In this document: positions 38,167 through 49,678 of the stretch, piece after piece
Layout: every line of letters starts with the position of its first letter
Position numbering within the stretch: the first letter of the stretch is position 1
Assembly (NCBI GenBank): GCA_964106915.2
Contig: OZ066923.1
DNA from: Podarcis gaigeae
Taxonomy: Eukaryota
Direction: 5' to 3' (one strand)
DNA: 64,000 nt
Position numbers and translations under genes: made by a program
The notes under the pieces: model-generated
Database searches by the model: none
What the model saw: the letters and a program-made list of their open reading frames with translations, nothing else
Told to the model about the DNA's origin: nothing

Positions 38167-38945
38167 TTGGCAAACATACATGTAGCCTATTGTTGGTTAT
38201 TCCTAGTGTAGCTTGGGCTGAGAGTGCCGGGATCATGGATTTAGCCTGCACTTTATTTATGGTAATAAAATGTGGCATGATACTTTGCAACACATGTGAT
38301 CCCACACCCCTTCCCACACCTACCCACCCACTACTGTGCAGAGTAAAGCACATCTAAGTACTATTGATTTTGGAATGACTTACAGGTACAAAGCCTTCTT
38401 TGCCTTTCTAAAAGGTTTTTATTTTGTCCCTTTGCAATGGATTCTTGTGTTCTGTGCAATGTACCTTATCAGGCTTCTCATGTCTAAGTTTTTTTAATGT
38501 CCTGTATTCCAGTAAATGTTTTTTTCCCATCCACCTATTAGCAGCACAGAAACACTCGTGCCATTCTCAGTATTCCTTAATGCACATTTCTGCACAGTAC
38601 TGGTGGGGATTTTACCTGTTCTGCCAGCAGAAGGTATTGGTATTACCACATAAAAATGTACCACCCCTGTTGGTAAGGATCACAGCTATTTTCAAAGAGC
38701 TCTACATTTTGAGCTATATGTACACATTGGCAGTCTGATGTTTTTCACAGTAGGAAGTGATGTTGTATACGTAGGGATGCCATACATCTGGACTTCCCCA
38801 GACATATACGGAATACTTTTCTGTCCAGATTTTCACTGTTTGAAATATGTCAACCCTAGTATACTTTTCATGTAACTGCTGTGTCCATGTAAGATAAGTT
38901 TACTGTGTGTGCACCGCATAGGCCCATAGTTTATATGGTTACAAG

Positions 38946-39223
38946 CAGAGGCGTCGCAAGGTGGGTGTGTTGGGTGCGGTCCGCCCCGGCTGCCATCTCT
39001 GAGGGGGGTGACAAAATGCTGTGCGGCACTCAGCGTCTGTGAGAGACAGCGTGGCTTTTGTGTGCACAGGCTTCCCACTGTCAAAACGTTCCCCAGAAAA
39101 GCTCAATAATTCTGGCTCTCGCCAAAAGAGTCAAACCATTATTGTAGGCTGGTTATAAATGGGGGAGAGGTTACAAGATATTTTCCACACCGAGTAACAC
39201 CTGACCTTGCTACTACGCCAATG
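38946..39223. mobile_element. hAT-superfamily MITE (278 bp)
   Basis: Imperfect TIR cagaggcgtcg / ctacgccaatg; perfect 8-bp TSD gttacaag. Confidence 0.8.
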
Positions 39224-39461
39224 GTTACAAGTTTGTGGGGTTCCTGGACTCCCCTCCAAATTCTGGGATGCCAGATACTGAATGAGAGACAAACTTTGGT
39301 CATCTTTCATCATATGGTGCTCTGTACAAAGCCAAAATTTGGTGACCCGAAATGGATCTTCTCAATTATGGATCTTCTCAATTTTGTGCTGTTTCGTCTT
39401 GGCACCCTTTATGGGGGAACCACCTGCACCTCCCTGAATCCAGCGCTGATTGAATTTAGCA

Positions 39462-39940
39462 TGTTAAAATACAAGCCAGGGGCCAGCCTGGTGATAGCAT
39501 GCTAATGATGAGTCGTTAGCTGGGACAAAGGGAGTGGCTCAGTGCCAGAGAGCAAATGGGAGGGGCCTCTTTCTCAACTCAGAATTATTTATGAAGACAA
39601 ACCGTTTCTGAAGTAGAGTTTTAGAGTTGGAAGGAGAGCAGTTGTATTCAGGACAAGAGTATTTGCCTGATGTAAGCAAGAGGAAAGATAGTTGCATTTT
39701 GTGAGCTGGAAAAAGCGGGTGTCAGAGCAACGTGGTCTGACTGTCTGACCATCTCAGTGTGTAATGCTGAAAGCCCCTCCATCATAGCTCAGGTGGTATA
39801 TATTTGTCAATAAACCATATTATCGTAAAGACACCACACTCTCCACTATGCCTCATTGCTAAAGGAAACACAAACCCCGGGTAAGTGCCTGACCCCTGGA
39901 ATCTCATACTGCTCAGAGATGTGGTGTGATATTTTTGCCA
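39462..39940 (+). mobile_element. Possible degraded solo LTR
   Basis: TG..CA candidate ends; tatatatttgtcaataaacc poly(A) signal ~130 nt before the end; boundaries uncertain. Confidence 0.4.
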
Positions 39941-40589
39941 CAATATCAATATCAGGTTTGACTGTTAAGCAACTTTCACTGTCTCCTTCATTGTGCCCGT
40001 TATTAGATTGGCAAAAGTAACTACTAAGCCACGCAAAATGCCTCTCTGCAGCAGTGAGGAGGGATTTTTCCATTTACTTGAAAGCCCCTGGCATAATTTC
40101 CACCTCTTAATTCTGATTTTGGGCCCCTGGCTTACATCTCAGCTCACTTTTCCCACCACTACTTCTCTGTGTATGGATTTTAAGGAGTTTTCGTAATTGT
40201 CAGTGCTAAAGTTTACTGCTCATAAAACCCCAGAAAGCATTGATTGTGACTTGGGTAAACCAAGTAGCATATAAAATCTTACAGCAGTTCAGCCTGAAAG
40301 AGTTTTATGAGGGATGAATTTACCAGGAGCAGCAAGGGGCCTGCAAGATGGCTGCCATCCCATTTTCTACCCTTTTCTGCCAAAATAAAATAAGAGGAGT
40401 GAGAGTGAGATGTTCTCTGTACTGTAGCCATCAGTTAAACTTTGCTGCCTTTAGATATGGTCTGTTCAATACATTGTGGAATGAGGAGCATCACTTCAAA
40501 TGAAGGGAGATGCCAGGGGTCCTAGAAAAGATTTGGAAGCATCTTCGAAACAAATAGCTTTGTGAATCTGCTACAGAAAAAAGTAACCT

Positions 40590-40675
40590 AGTGTCTTGTG
40601 GTACCTGAAAGATTAAAAGGTGTATTATGGCATAAGTCTTAATGGACTAGAATTCACTTTGTCAGATGCATGAAG
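40590..40675 (-). mobile_element. Degraded Penelope pseudo-LTR fragment
   Basis: gtcttgtggtacctgaaagattaa..ggcataag..tggactaga..cactttgtcagatgcat, the reverse complement of the motif family at 34875. Confidence 0.6.
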
Positions 40676-41527
40676 TGTTATATTCAGTTGTGTGGCCACA
40701 CATGCACATGTGGGTGGAGGTTATAGATGGAGCCATATTCCCATGAGTTGCAAAAAGTGTGGTCTGTGAAAATTCTGTGTGAAGCTTAAGATAAGCTAAG
40801 TGACCATTCATAACACAAGTAATTGGGGATAACACAATCACCCTAGCATTGCTATGTTAATTAACACCTGTTGTAAGCCTGGAAGGTAGAAATTATTGTC
40901 TCATAGCCAAAACAGACAATAATTGCATGGATTACAAATTTTTGAAAAATTGCCACCCAGCATGGAAGGAGGGTGTGTGTTTTATTGGAACCACAATGCA
41001 TAAAGAGGGGACAATTAACTATTTCCTCCCCAATCACAGAACACCAACATTAAACTGCAATCAGCATTGGAAGCAAGCTCCATTAGTGCCAATGGGAACC
41101 TTTTTGTAATACTAATTGTGGTGGAGGGCCATTTTTGTCAGACTCATGGGTGGGGAAGGATTAAAACTTTGCCGTCCCAATGAAAATGATTAAATTCCAT
41201 ACAAGTATTGTTGGGATATCTGAGAAATGATCCTCTAGGTAATTTCTGTTCCCATTTTCCATTTCAATCCTCTCTGGTTTAGTTTCATTCCTCATTTCAT
41301 TGTCAGCTCCTTCTAATTTTGTCAATTTTGTATCTATTTTTCCTCTAATACTTCTATTTTTCATTGAATGACTTTTGTTTGCTCTGTAATCATCTGCTTA
41401 AGAATGCCCACAGTAAGCAAGGACCCTGAAGATCTTGTTCTTTCTTCCAGTTCTTCCATAAGATCAGGAAAAAATTACATTACATTAGAACATATAATAA
41501 TTTGAAATACTAAAACAGATAAAATTT

Positions 41528-41790
41528 CACATAGACGATGGGCCTTGTGGTATGTTCTGGGTAGAAACGAGGACAATGTAGAGATATGAGAGATGTTCAG
41601 CATTTTTTCAGTATACAGTGGTGATTATGTATATGACCATTACCGGACACAGTATTTGCCCAAAGTGAACCTGGTGCATGGAATGCTCTTGTCTGATCTC
41701 GATGGTGGGGTCAAAACTTATTGAAGTGGAATTTCTCAAGGGTCTTCTTACTGTGGGTCTAGATAATGATGTCTTCAATGAAGAGGAGGG
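41528..41790 (-). mobile_element. Degraded Penelope-like reverse transcriptase fragment
   Basis: Minus-strand translation with stops and frameshifts: FIEDIII*THSKKTLEKFH..PTIEI..VHF..ITTVY*K..YL..FYPEHTTRPIVY, resembling PLE RT YIDDIFIIWTHG..HPTI..FLD..TTLYRK..HP.H...IVY. Confidence 0.75.
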
Positions 41791-42985
41791 TACAGAAGCT
41801 TGAAGAAGTGTTGTTCTGAATCAGCCACAGAGCATATTATTAAACAATGTGAATACTCACAGCAGTGCTTTTGACTGGATGATGTATGGAAACTGTTCAA
41901 CATATCAAATTAAGACGGGGATTAGAATCCCCTTTACTCAAAATCCATTATGTGAAGAAAGTGAAGGCAGCAGAGGAATTAACGCAGACATACTTATTCT
42001 GCAGGGGGCTTGTGGATATGGAAAATACTTCCCAGAAGTATTTGTAAACTTCTGTCTTCCCCTTTAGGAAAATGTGCAAAACATTCTTAAGAAATTATTA
42101 TCTTGCATTAACATTTTTGATTCATGAACTTATAACTTGAAGCTCTTGCAATAGATCATACTATTTCTTTGAGAAATTATTTCCATAAAATGCTATAATG
42201 TTTAGTAGGAAGACGAGTCACTGTATTTTTTCAATTCCCTTCAATGCCAGGCAATTTTAAATTTACATAAATTAAAATGGATGATACATGTGGATCTCAC
42301 TGATTTAGATTGTAGACCAGATGTAGACAACCTCTGGAGTTCCAGATGTTGCTGAAGTTCAACTCCAATCATTCCTGGTCACCAGCTCTTATTGTTGGGA
42401 GTTGAAGTTCAGCAACATTGGGAGGGGGAGGGGGAGTTTCCAACACCTGTTTCAGACCATGCCAGCTGAATGTTCAGAGAATCATTAGGACCAAGTAGGC
42501 TTTCAGATGATGATGTTAGTTTTAGTTCCAGTGTAATTATGGTGTCCCTTCTGTATCAGCTGTATTTTTCTACATTCTTTATTTATTATTACCTTTGGGT
42601 CCCAGAAGAGAACGGCAAGTAAAATGTCAGTCATGATCATGAGTGGAAGGGAGTTTGTATATACTAAAGATTCATGAGGTTGTATGTAATATATTGTACT
42701 TCTGTTTACAAACATTCATTGCACCCCCCCACTGCACACGCAATGAGACCCCAACAAGTATGAGATAGGCCATTCAGTTTTGGGGAAGAGTTTTGCCCCC
42801 TTACTGTGCCAATATCCTCAAATGCAGCAGTTTACTTTCCTCCCTAGAAAAAAAATGGCAGCAATCAATTTATATAGGAGAAAGTAAAAAGGTGGACTAA
42901 TGGATATTGTTGTGCATGTCTAAACTTGCTCCCTGAGACTGGTAACGCCAGTGGACTCAGCCAATGGGAATCGTGAGCATTCTAC

Positions 42986-43133
42986 ATAGAATCATAGAAT
43001 TGTCGAGTTGGAAAGGACCCTGAGGATCATTTCAGTCCAACTCTCTGCAATGCGGGAATATATAGCTGTTCCATATGGGGACCAAACCTGCAACCTTGGC
43101 ATTATCATGTTCTCTAAGCAACTGAGCTATCCA
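42986..43133 (-). mobile_element. Squam2-like tRNA SINE with CR1-type tail
   Basis: catagaatcatagaattgtcgagttggaa..caaccttggcattatca..caactgagcta. Confidence 0.78.
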
Positions 43134-43723
43134 GGATGTCTAAGCCTACTTATACTTGCATAGCTGCATTTCTTCATCTGCATACCACTATTATAAGTTA
43201 GAATGTTCTTTTGTGCGTAGATTTTTAAAAATGGCTAGTCATTCCATCTGCCATCTCAGGATTGGCAATCACATTTGAAGATAATTTCAACAGTGTAGTA
43301 GAAAATATTTTTCTATTTAGGGAAAATTTTTGCTCTGTGTCAGCTTTAAAACAAATATTACAGTTGAAATACATTGTATGTGGTTGCAAATGCAGTAGGT
43401 GATTTCACTGTTTCCCCTGCTTTGGTTTTGATAGTGGAGTCGCTGTACCGCTTTTTAATTCAGCCTCTTGTCTCTTTGGCAGTAGAAAGTGTTACAGTGA
43501 AAATATCAAATAAAGCTACTGCATCGTGCATGGCTCTCCTTCATGAACATGTATAGCTTTCTTGGATTACAGTCCTTATGCATGGCATGCTGTGGCCTGG
43601 TTGCCAACATGCCATTAAAGCTCTGAAATAACTACCAACTTGATATCCCAAAAAATCTGGTTCTTTCTCAAATAACCACTGAGAAAACAACTTGAGAGCT
43701 TTTCTTTCTCTCTTTTTCTCCAG

Positions 43724-43884
43724 TTCCAAAACCCAAATGCTTTCTCACCACCTTTCCGCTTTGGGACAGTTCCTAATGGCAGTACAGAGAGGAACATTCG
43801 CAACAATTATGAACTGATGCATGCCTACATGGTGAAGTTCAACCAAAGATCGGTGGGAGATGCGCTATCCTCATTAAAGACAGG
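43724..43884 (+). CDS. GRIN2B: GluN2B coding exon (exon 10 equivalent), S2
   Basis: Long pyrimidine tract ..tttttctccag|TTC ... ACAGG|gtgaga; 161 nt; [54 protein letters not shown]; not in the ORF track. Confidence 0.97.
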
Positions 43885-46005
43885 GTGAGATTGCCTTTTC
43901 TAAGGTTGCTAATGTAAACCTGTGTGTGTAATTCTCTTGGGATTTTGAAGAACCTTCTCCCTAATATTCCTGCTGCTAAAACATTGCATATAATCCATGT
44001 ACCACAACATTGTCAAGAACAATTTATCTCATCAATTAGTATTATTTTTTGTTCATTTTGGTTAGATATGTGCAAGTAATATAACAATGATTCTTCCCCT
44101 TCTTGCATCAATGCAGACTTTCTGAAAATCAGATTAGCTGGTGGAAATACTGCCTTAAGCTGCAATGCAATAGTTGTGGCCAGACATCACCTAAAATTCT
44201 TTATTATTGAAATAACTATGATATTATCTTAATCCCTAATGTTAATTGCTATATAAAAATATTAGTAAGTTGGGGATCCTAACTACTTTTATATGAGGGC
44301 TGCATCTTTTCCACACACATACTATACTTGTGTAAACTCACAGGTAGCCTTATTCCATTGATTCAGCTCGTGTTCTGTATCCACGTATGAACTGGGAGCA
44401 GGACTACACTGACTAACCCTGCTCTTGATGACACAGGTGTTTTATGAAGGAGTCCAGATCATCAGTGACAGAATAGCAATTTTCTGAGTAAAAACCAGTT
44501 GTGGAAAATCACAGCACCTCTTTGGGGTCTTCTATGTTCAATAGCTGTCATTTTTGCATACAATGAATATATTTCCATTATGCCTTTGGCATCTGCACAT
44601 AAAGCACAAATGTCTGCAAGGAAGAGGCCTTCACATGTCACGCTGGGCCTCAAAGGCTTCCTCCCTGCAGATGTGGATACTAGGGTACAGCTAGTCGGTG
44701 CACATTTTATAATGGGAGAGGGTAAAGGCTCCACTTATGCTTTGCTGCAAGGCATGATTCAGGTTGCCTGAATAGAACTTTTAAATTCTTGGGTGCCAGG
44801 GAACTATGACTGAACCATTTTGCAAAGGCTCCATACAACTTCTGCACCTATGTAACTGGCTTGCCATGTGACTTAAGTTATTTCTCAACAAATTTCTTTT
44901 TGGGGGCAGCTGCTGCTGTCCCAGAAACCTTCTGACCCACCTGACAAGCTATGATTTTTCCATTACATTTGATGTTATTAATTCCTATCTCTCCTCTTCC
45001 TCCTCTACATTGCCCAGAAATCAGATTATTCTACTGGTGGAGGGAGGACTGCTTATACGCAGTTTGTTCCCTGGAGAATGCAAATTAAAGTTTTTATTTG
45101 TCATGCTAGGCTGCTACTCACCTGATAACCTGGAACAAATAAGGATAATTTCCAGGTGACCAGACAGGGTAGCTTTGGGTCTATTTTTCTTGTTTGAGGG
45201 GGAGGGGAAGGGAATATCACTATGCCACCCTTTCTACTCATATAAAGACAAACTACACATTATGTAAATCCATGTGGAAATATTTGAGCAATGACGACAG
45301 GAAGTGCTTCATGGTGCAACAGAACAAGGCAGCAATTCTATCTTTGAATGCTTCAAAATGTAGCTGGTGCAAACACACCCTTATTGCTGGGACTAGTAAT
45401 TTATTTTTCCAATTGGGCACTGATTCTTTTTCTTCTTTCTTTCATTTGAGGTTAGTGGGACACCATAAAGCTAACGTTACTGCCCTCATAGGGAGACATA
45501 ACTTGATCTCCTAACCACTTGTCATCTTTAAAGATGCCTTTGGGATTCTTCCCATAAGCAGGGGTCCTGGCTGAAGCTAATTTGAGTAATTACATTTTGG
45601 TTAATGCTATTTTTCCAGCTGCTTGGTTGGGGAAATGGTCTGCTTTGCTTTCTTAATTCACAACAAAGTTACGGTAGAAATGCTGCTGAATTCACAAGCT
45701 GAAGAAGAAAGCGTTGTTCAGTCATAAATGAAATGGTTTACATGGGCTGCATAGGCATCTTTAAATCAAAGTTAACTAAATTGTGGCCCTCCAAATGTTG
45801 CTAGACTCCCATCATCTCTGACCATTGGCCATACTGTCTGTTTAGATCCATTGGAAGATGCTGCAGATTTGTGCGGTGATGCTACAACCTGCCTTCATCT
45901 CAATGTTGATTGTGCCCAAGCAATTGTTCAGCCTGGCTTCCTCTGTGTTTAGTTACCTGAGGTCACATGGGAGTTCTCAACTTCCTTCAGCATCACATGA
46001 TTTAG

Positions 46006-46254
<249 letters not shown>

Positions 46255-46553
46255 TGATCTGGATGAGGAACTAGGAGTGCGTCTCCATTGAGTGAAGCTA
46301 TTATCCCCTACTTACCACTAATGCTAAGGCAACAACAACAACTAGTCAGCAGCAATGCTATCATTTTTTTGTTACTCACCCGTACTATGAACTTCTGGTG
46401 TATTGTGGCTATTCTACTTTGTAGCTATTATTTATTTATTTAAAATAAATTTATATGTGGACCCACCACCCCACTGCCCCAGTATAGTTTTCCAGCTAGG
46501 TAAATCCAACGTAAGTGGAAATGAAATTCGAGGACTGGAGGGTTAGGGAGGAT

Positions 46554-46690
46554 CAGTTCTATTTTTCTAGAAAAATAGGTGCCGGAACTCACCATGAATG
46601 CCTCCCTTGTTCTCTTAGAATGGCAATGGCGCCCACCAGAGATGTGCTGGAACTGAGCTCCAGTGAGTTCCAGCTGAAAAACAAGCCCTG
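46554..46690. mobile_element. hAT-like MITE ~100 bp upstream of the M4 exon
   Basis: Imperfect TIRs, subterminal ccggaactc / gagttccag; 8-bp TSD gggaggat/gggagcat. Confidence 0.7.
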
Positions 46691-46791
46691 GGGAGCATCT
46701 TTCCTTTCTAAATAGTGGCTCATGAGAGGAAAAGCTGTGCTTAAAACTCACCCACTGTTCACTCTGCTTCCTTCCCACCCTTCTTTTCCAG

Positions 46792-47030
46792 GTGAGATGG
46801 AGGAGCTAGAAGCTCTCTGGCTCACTGGCATCTGCCATAATGAGAAGAATGAGGTAATGAGCAGCCAGCTGGACATTGATAACATGGCCGGAGTCTTCTA
46901 TATGTTGGGAGCAGCCATGGCCCTCAGCCTCATCACCTTCATCTGTGAACATCTCTTTTATTGGCAGTTCCGCCACTGCTTCATGGGCGTTTGCTCTGGC
47001 AAACCTGGCGTTGTCTTCTCCATCAGCAGG
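46792..47030 (+). CDS. GRIN2B: GluN2B coding exon (exon 12 equivalent), end of S2, M4, proximal CTD
   Basis: cttttccag|GT ... AGCAGG|gtgagt; 239 nt; [79 protein letters not shown]. Confidence 0.97.
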
Positions 47031-48625
47031 GTGAGTAATTTCAGCCTCAAGGAAAGAAAGCCACCATCACGACCGTTCCCTCCATCCAAGCCAACTCAGG
47101 CCTGGAGCTTTATTATTCAGCAATTTTATCTACTATGCTTCTACACCTCAAACTAGCCTTTCTCATTACTTCCCCTTGTGCCTATGGCTGTCATTTCTGG
47201 CCTCTATGTAAGAGGCATTTGGCCTTGAGAGAGAAAATCTAGGAAAAGAAAATGGAACTTTGAAAGGTTGGGAGAATCTAAATTCTTGGGACAGTGGCCT
47301 CAGCCACTTCTTCAACAAGGTGTGAAAAGGTTTTCTGTAATTCTTGGTAATTTATCTGAAAGAACAAGAGCATCCTTGCCAGGCAGCAGGTGAAAGCCAC
47401 CTGTTTCAAGCAGCACTATAAGAGGTGCTTGAATGAAGGCAGGACCTGGTCTCTGAATGGTACAGCAAGACTTTTTCAAGTGTTGGTTCAGGGGTTGGAG
47501 AGTGGCCACTATTTCAGCTTTGCTTCAGAGTAAATGTCTTGGAGAAGCATAATGAAAGACTCAAAACAAGAAGGGGGGTTTCTTTGGAGCAGAACATTGT
47601 GTAGAACTCTGACTTTTAGGTAACTCCCCCCTCCCATGTTTCTGAGTAGATTTTACTGACAGAAACAAAGGACACTTAGATCAGAAACTTTCTCTCTAGC
47701 AAATAATTTCTGTATGAATTTCCTTGAGTTCCAAAATTCTTTCCCTTTCATTATTTCAAATATTATTATTTATTTAGTACATTTTTTTATCTCCCTTCAG
47801 CAGTAACAATCTCATGGCAGCATACAATAGCTACACAACAAATTGTCTGCCTGTCTGTCTCTCTCTTTCTCTCTCTTTCACTCACACTCACAAACACACA
47901 ATTATATTACTACATTAGAAACATTAAAACAGCAGCTATCATTAGATCAGAGCCTGAAAAATCCAATTATTTCCAAATGCTTGCAGAAAGAGATGAGTTT
48001 TCAAAGTAGCAAAAACTAAACAATTAAGGGGCAAGCAGAACTTCCTGAGGGGTGGCATTCCATAGCCAGGGCACCACCAGTAAGAAGGCCCTGCTACTAG
48101 TTATCACTCCAATTCGTGAGCTGTGGAAAACATACAAGAAAGTTCATTTCTCTGTCCAGTTAGAGATTATGAACTGCACAAGGCTGCATTGACAGATCCC
48201 AGCCAATATTATTACATTGTGTGATGCTGCACTAAGGAATCAGATGCTCCTGCATAAGCTGCCTTTTACTTAATAAATTCATCAGTTTGAATTCCTAGGA
48301 TTAAAGATGATTTGGAGGTGACAATGTAAATGTTCATTGTTAAAATGTGGATTTTTTCATCATTACTTTCTTTGCTTAACAGACGAGGCTCTTAATTGTA
48401 AAACTCTGATTCATTTTTAGGATGCTTTTAAAATGTGGAATTCTTTGACCAGACAGGTCAAACTCAGACAAAGTATTAAGACATCATAATTCTGGTTGGG
48501 AAAATCTATTTTGTACAACTTCCTAATTTATACAATTATTTATCAGGACTAGGGAGAAAGAGCTGGAATTCATACAGCAATTGTGGGTCAGAGTCTGTAA
48601 TCAAGATGAATAACAATGACTAGAG

Positions 48626-48951
48626 CAGTGTTTTTCAACCTTTTTTGGGCAAAGGCACACTTGTTTCATGGAAAAAATCACGAGGCACACCACCATTAGA
48701 AAATGTTAAAAAATTTAACTCTGTGCCTATATTGACTATATATAAAGTAATTCTCTTGAATAGGAATCAAATAAACACAAAGAAAGTATTTTATAATTAC
48801 TTTATTATGAAATAGTAAGTAAACAGAAATATGAAAAATTATAAAATACTTTATTTTTAAATCTTTCGAATTTTTCAATTTTTCCCACGGCACACCAGGC
48901 AACATCTCGCGGCACACTAGTGTGCTGCGGAATAGTGGTTGAAAAACACTG
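48626..48951. mobile_element. Young hAT (Charlie/Buster-type) MITE, 326 bp
   Basis: Perfect 15-bp TIR cagtgtttttcaacc / ggttgaaaaacactg; perfect 8-bp TSD gactagag with central TA; subterminal ggcacac repeats. Confidence 0.93.
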
Positions 48952-49678
48952 GACTAGAGGCCATGCAGAGGGTCAGGAAACTGTGCCAAGTGAACCAATA
49001 TGTTGTACCTCTAAAAGTCATGTCCTGACAGCCTCAAATTTCTGACTGGTTATATGTTTCCTCAGACCCGTTTCCAAAATCTGTAAGCTAAAGAATATTT
49101 GCAAAGGAAGGAGTTGGACTCTTTTAGGTATTCTAAGTAAGAAGTATCACCTTGAATCACGCCTAGAAACTAAATGTAAACAAGTGCTGTGGATCAAAGG
49201 CTTGTCTAATGGCCTATCTGCAGTAGTTGGAGATTCAGAATAATCTCATGTGCATGATTACAAACTGTCTGAAGTGCTTACCAGGGCATTGGAAAACAGT
49301 GATCAAATCCTGCAGCTAGCGCTTAAGGTGTAACCCTTAAACAGTACTCCTGACCACAGCACTCTGAGCATCTGATCTGTAAGAAACATCTGCAACCATG
49401 TCTAAAAATCCAAATCACTTCAATAAAGGTCTGAATAAATTTCTAGATTTATTTCAATTTAATAATGAAAGGGCAAGGGATAGAGGGGCAAAGGTGGAGG
49501 AAGATTAAAAGTGGAAGAACCATTATGATAGTGTCTAGATTGTCTCATCTCCCAACGATATCCCACTGAAGATCCTATTTAGCAAAGGACAAGGTTCTTT
49601 GTCTCAGTCCTCCAAGCTCTGCATCTCCCCTGCTGGAATGCTCCTCTGCTAACCTCCCTTTGCTTTCCCCCATTGCAG

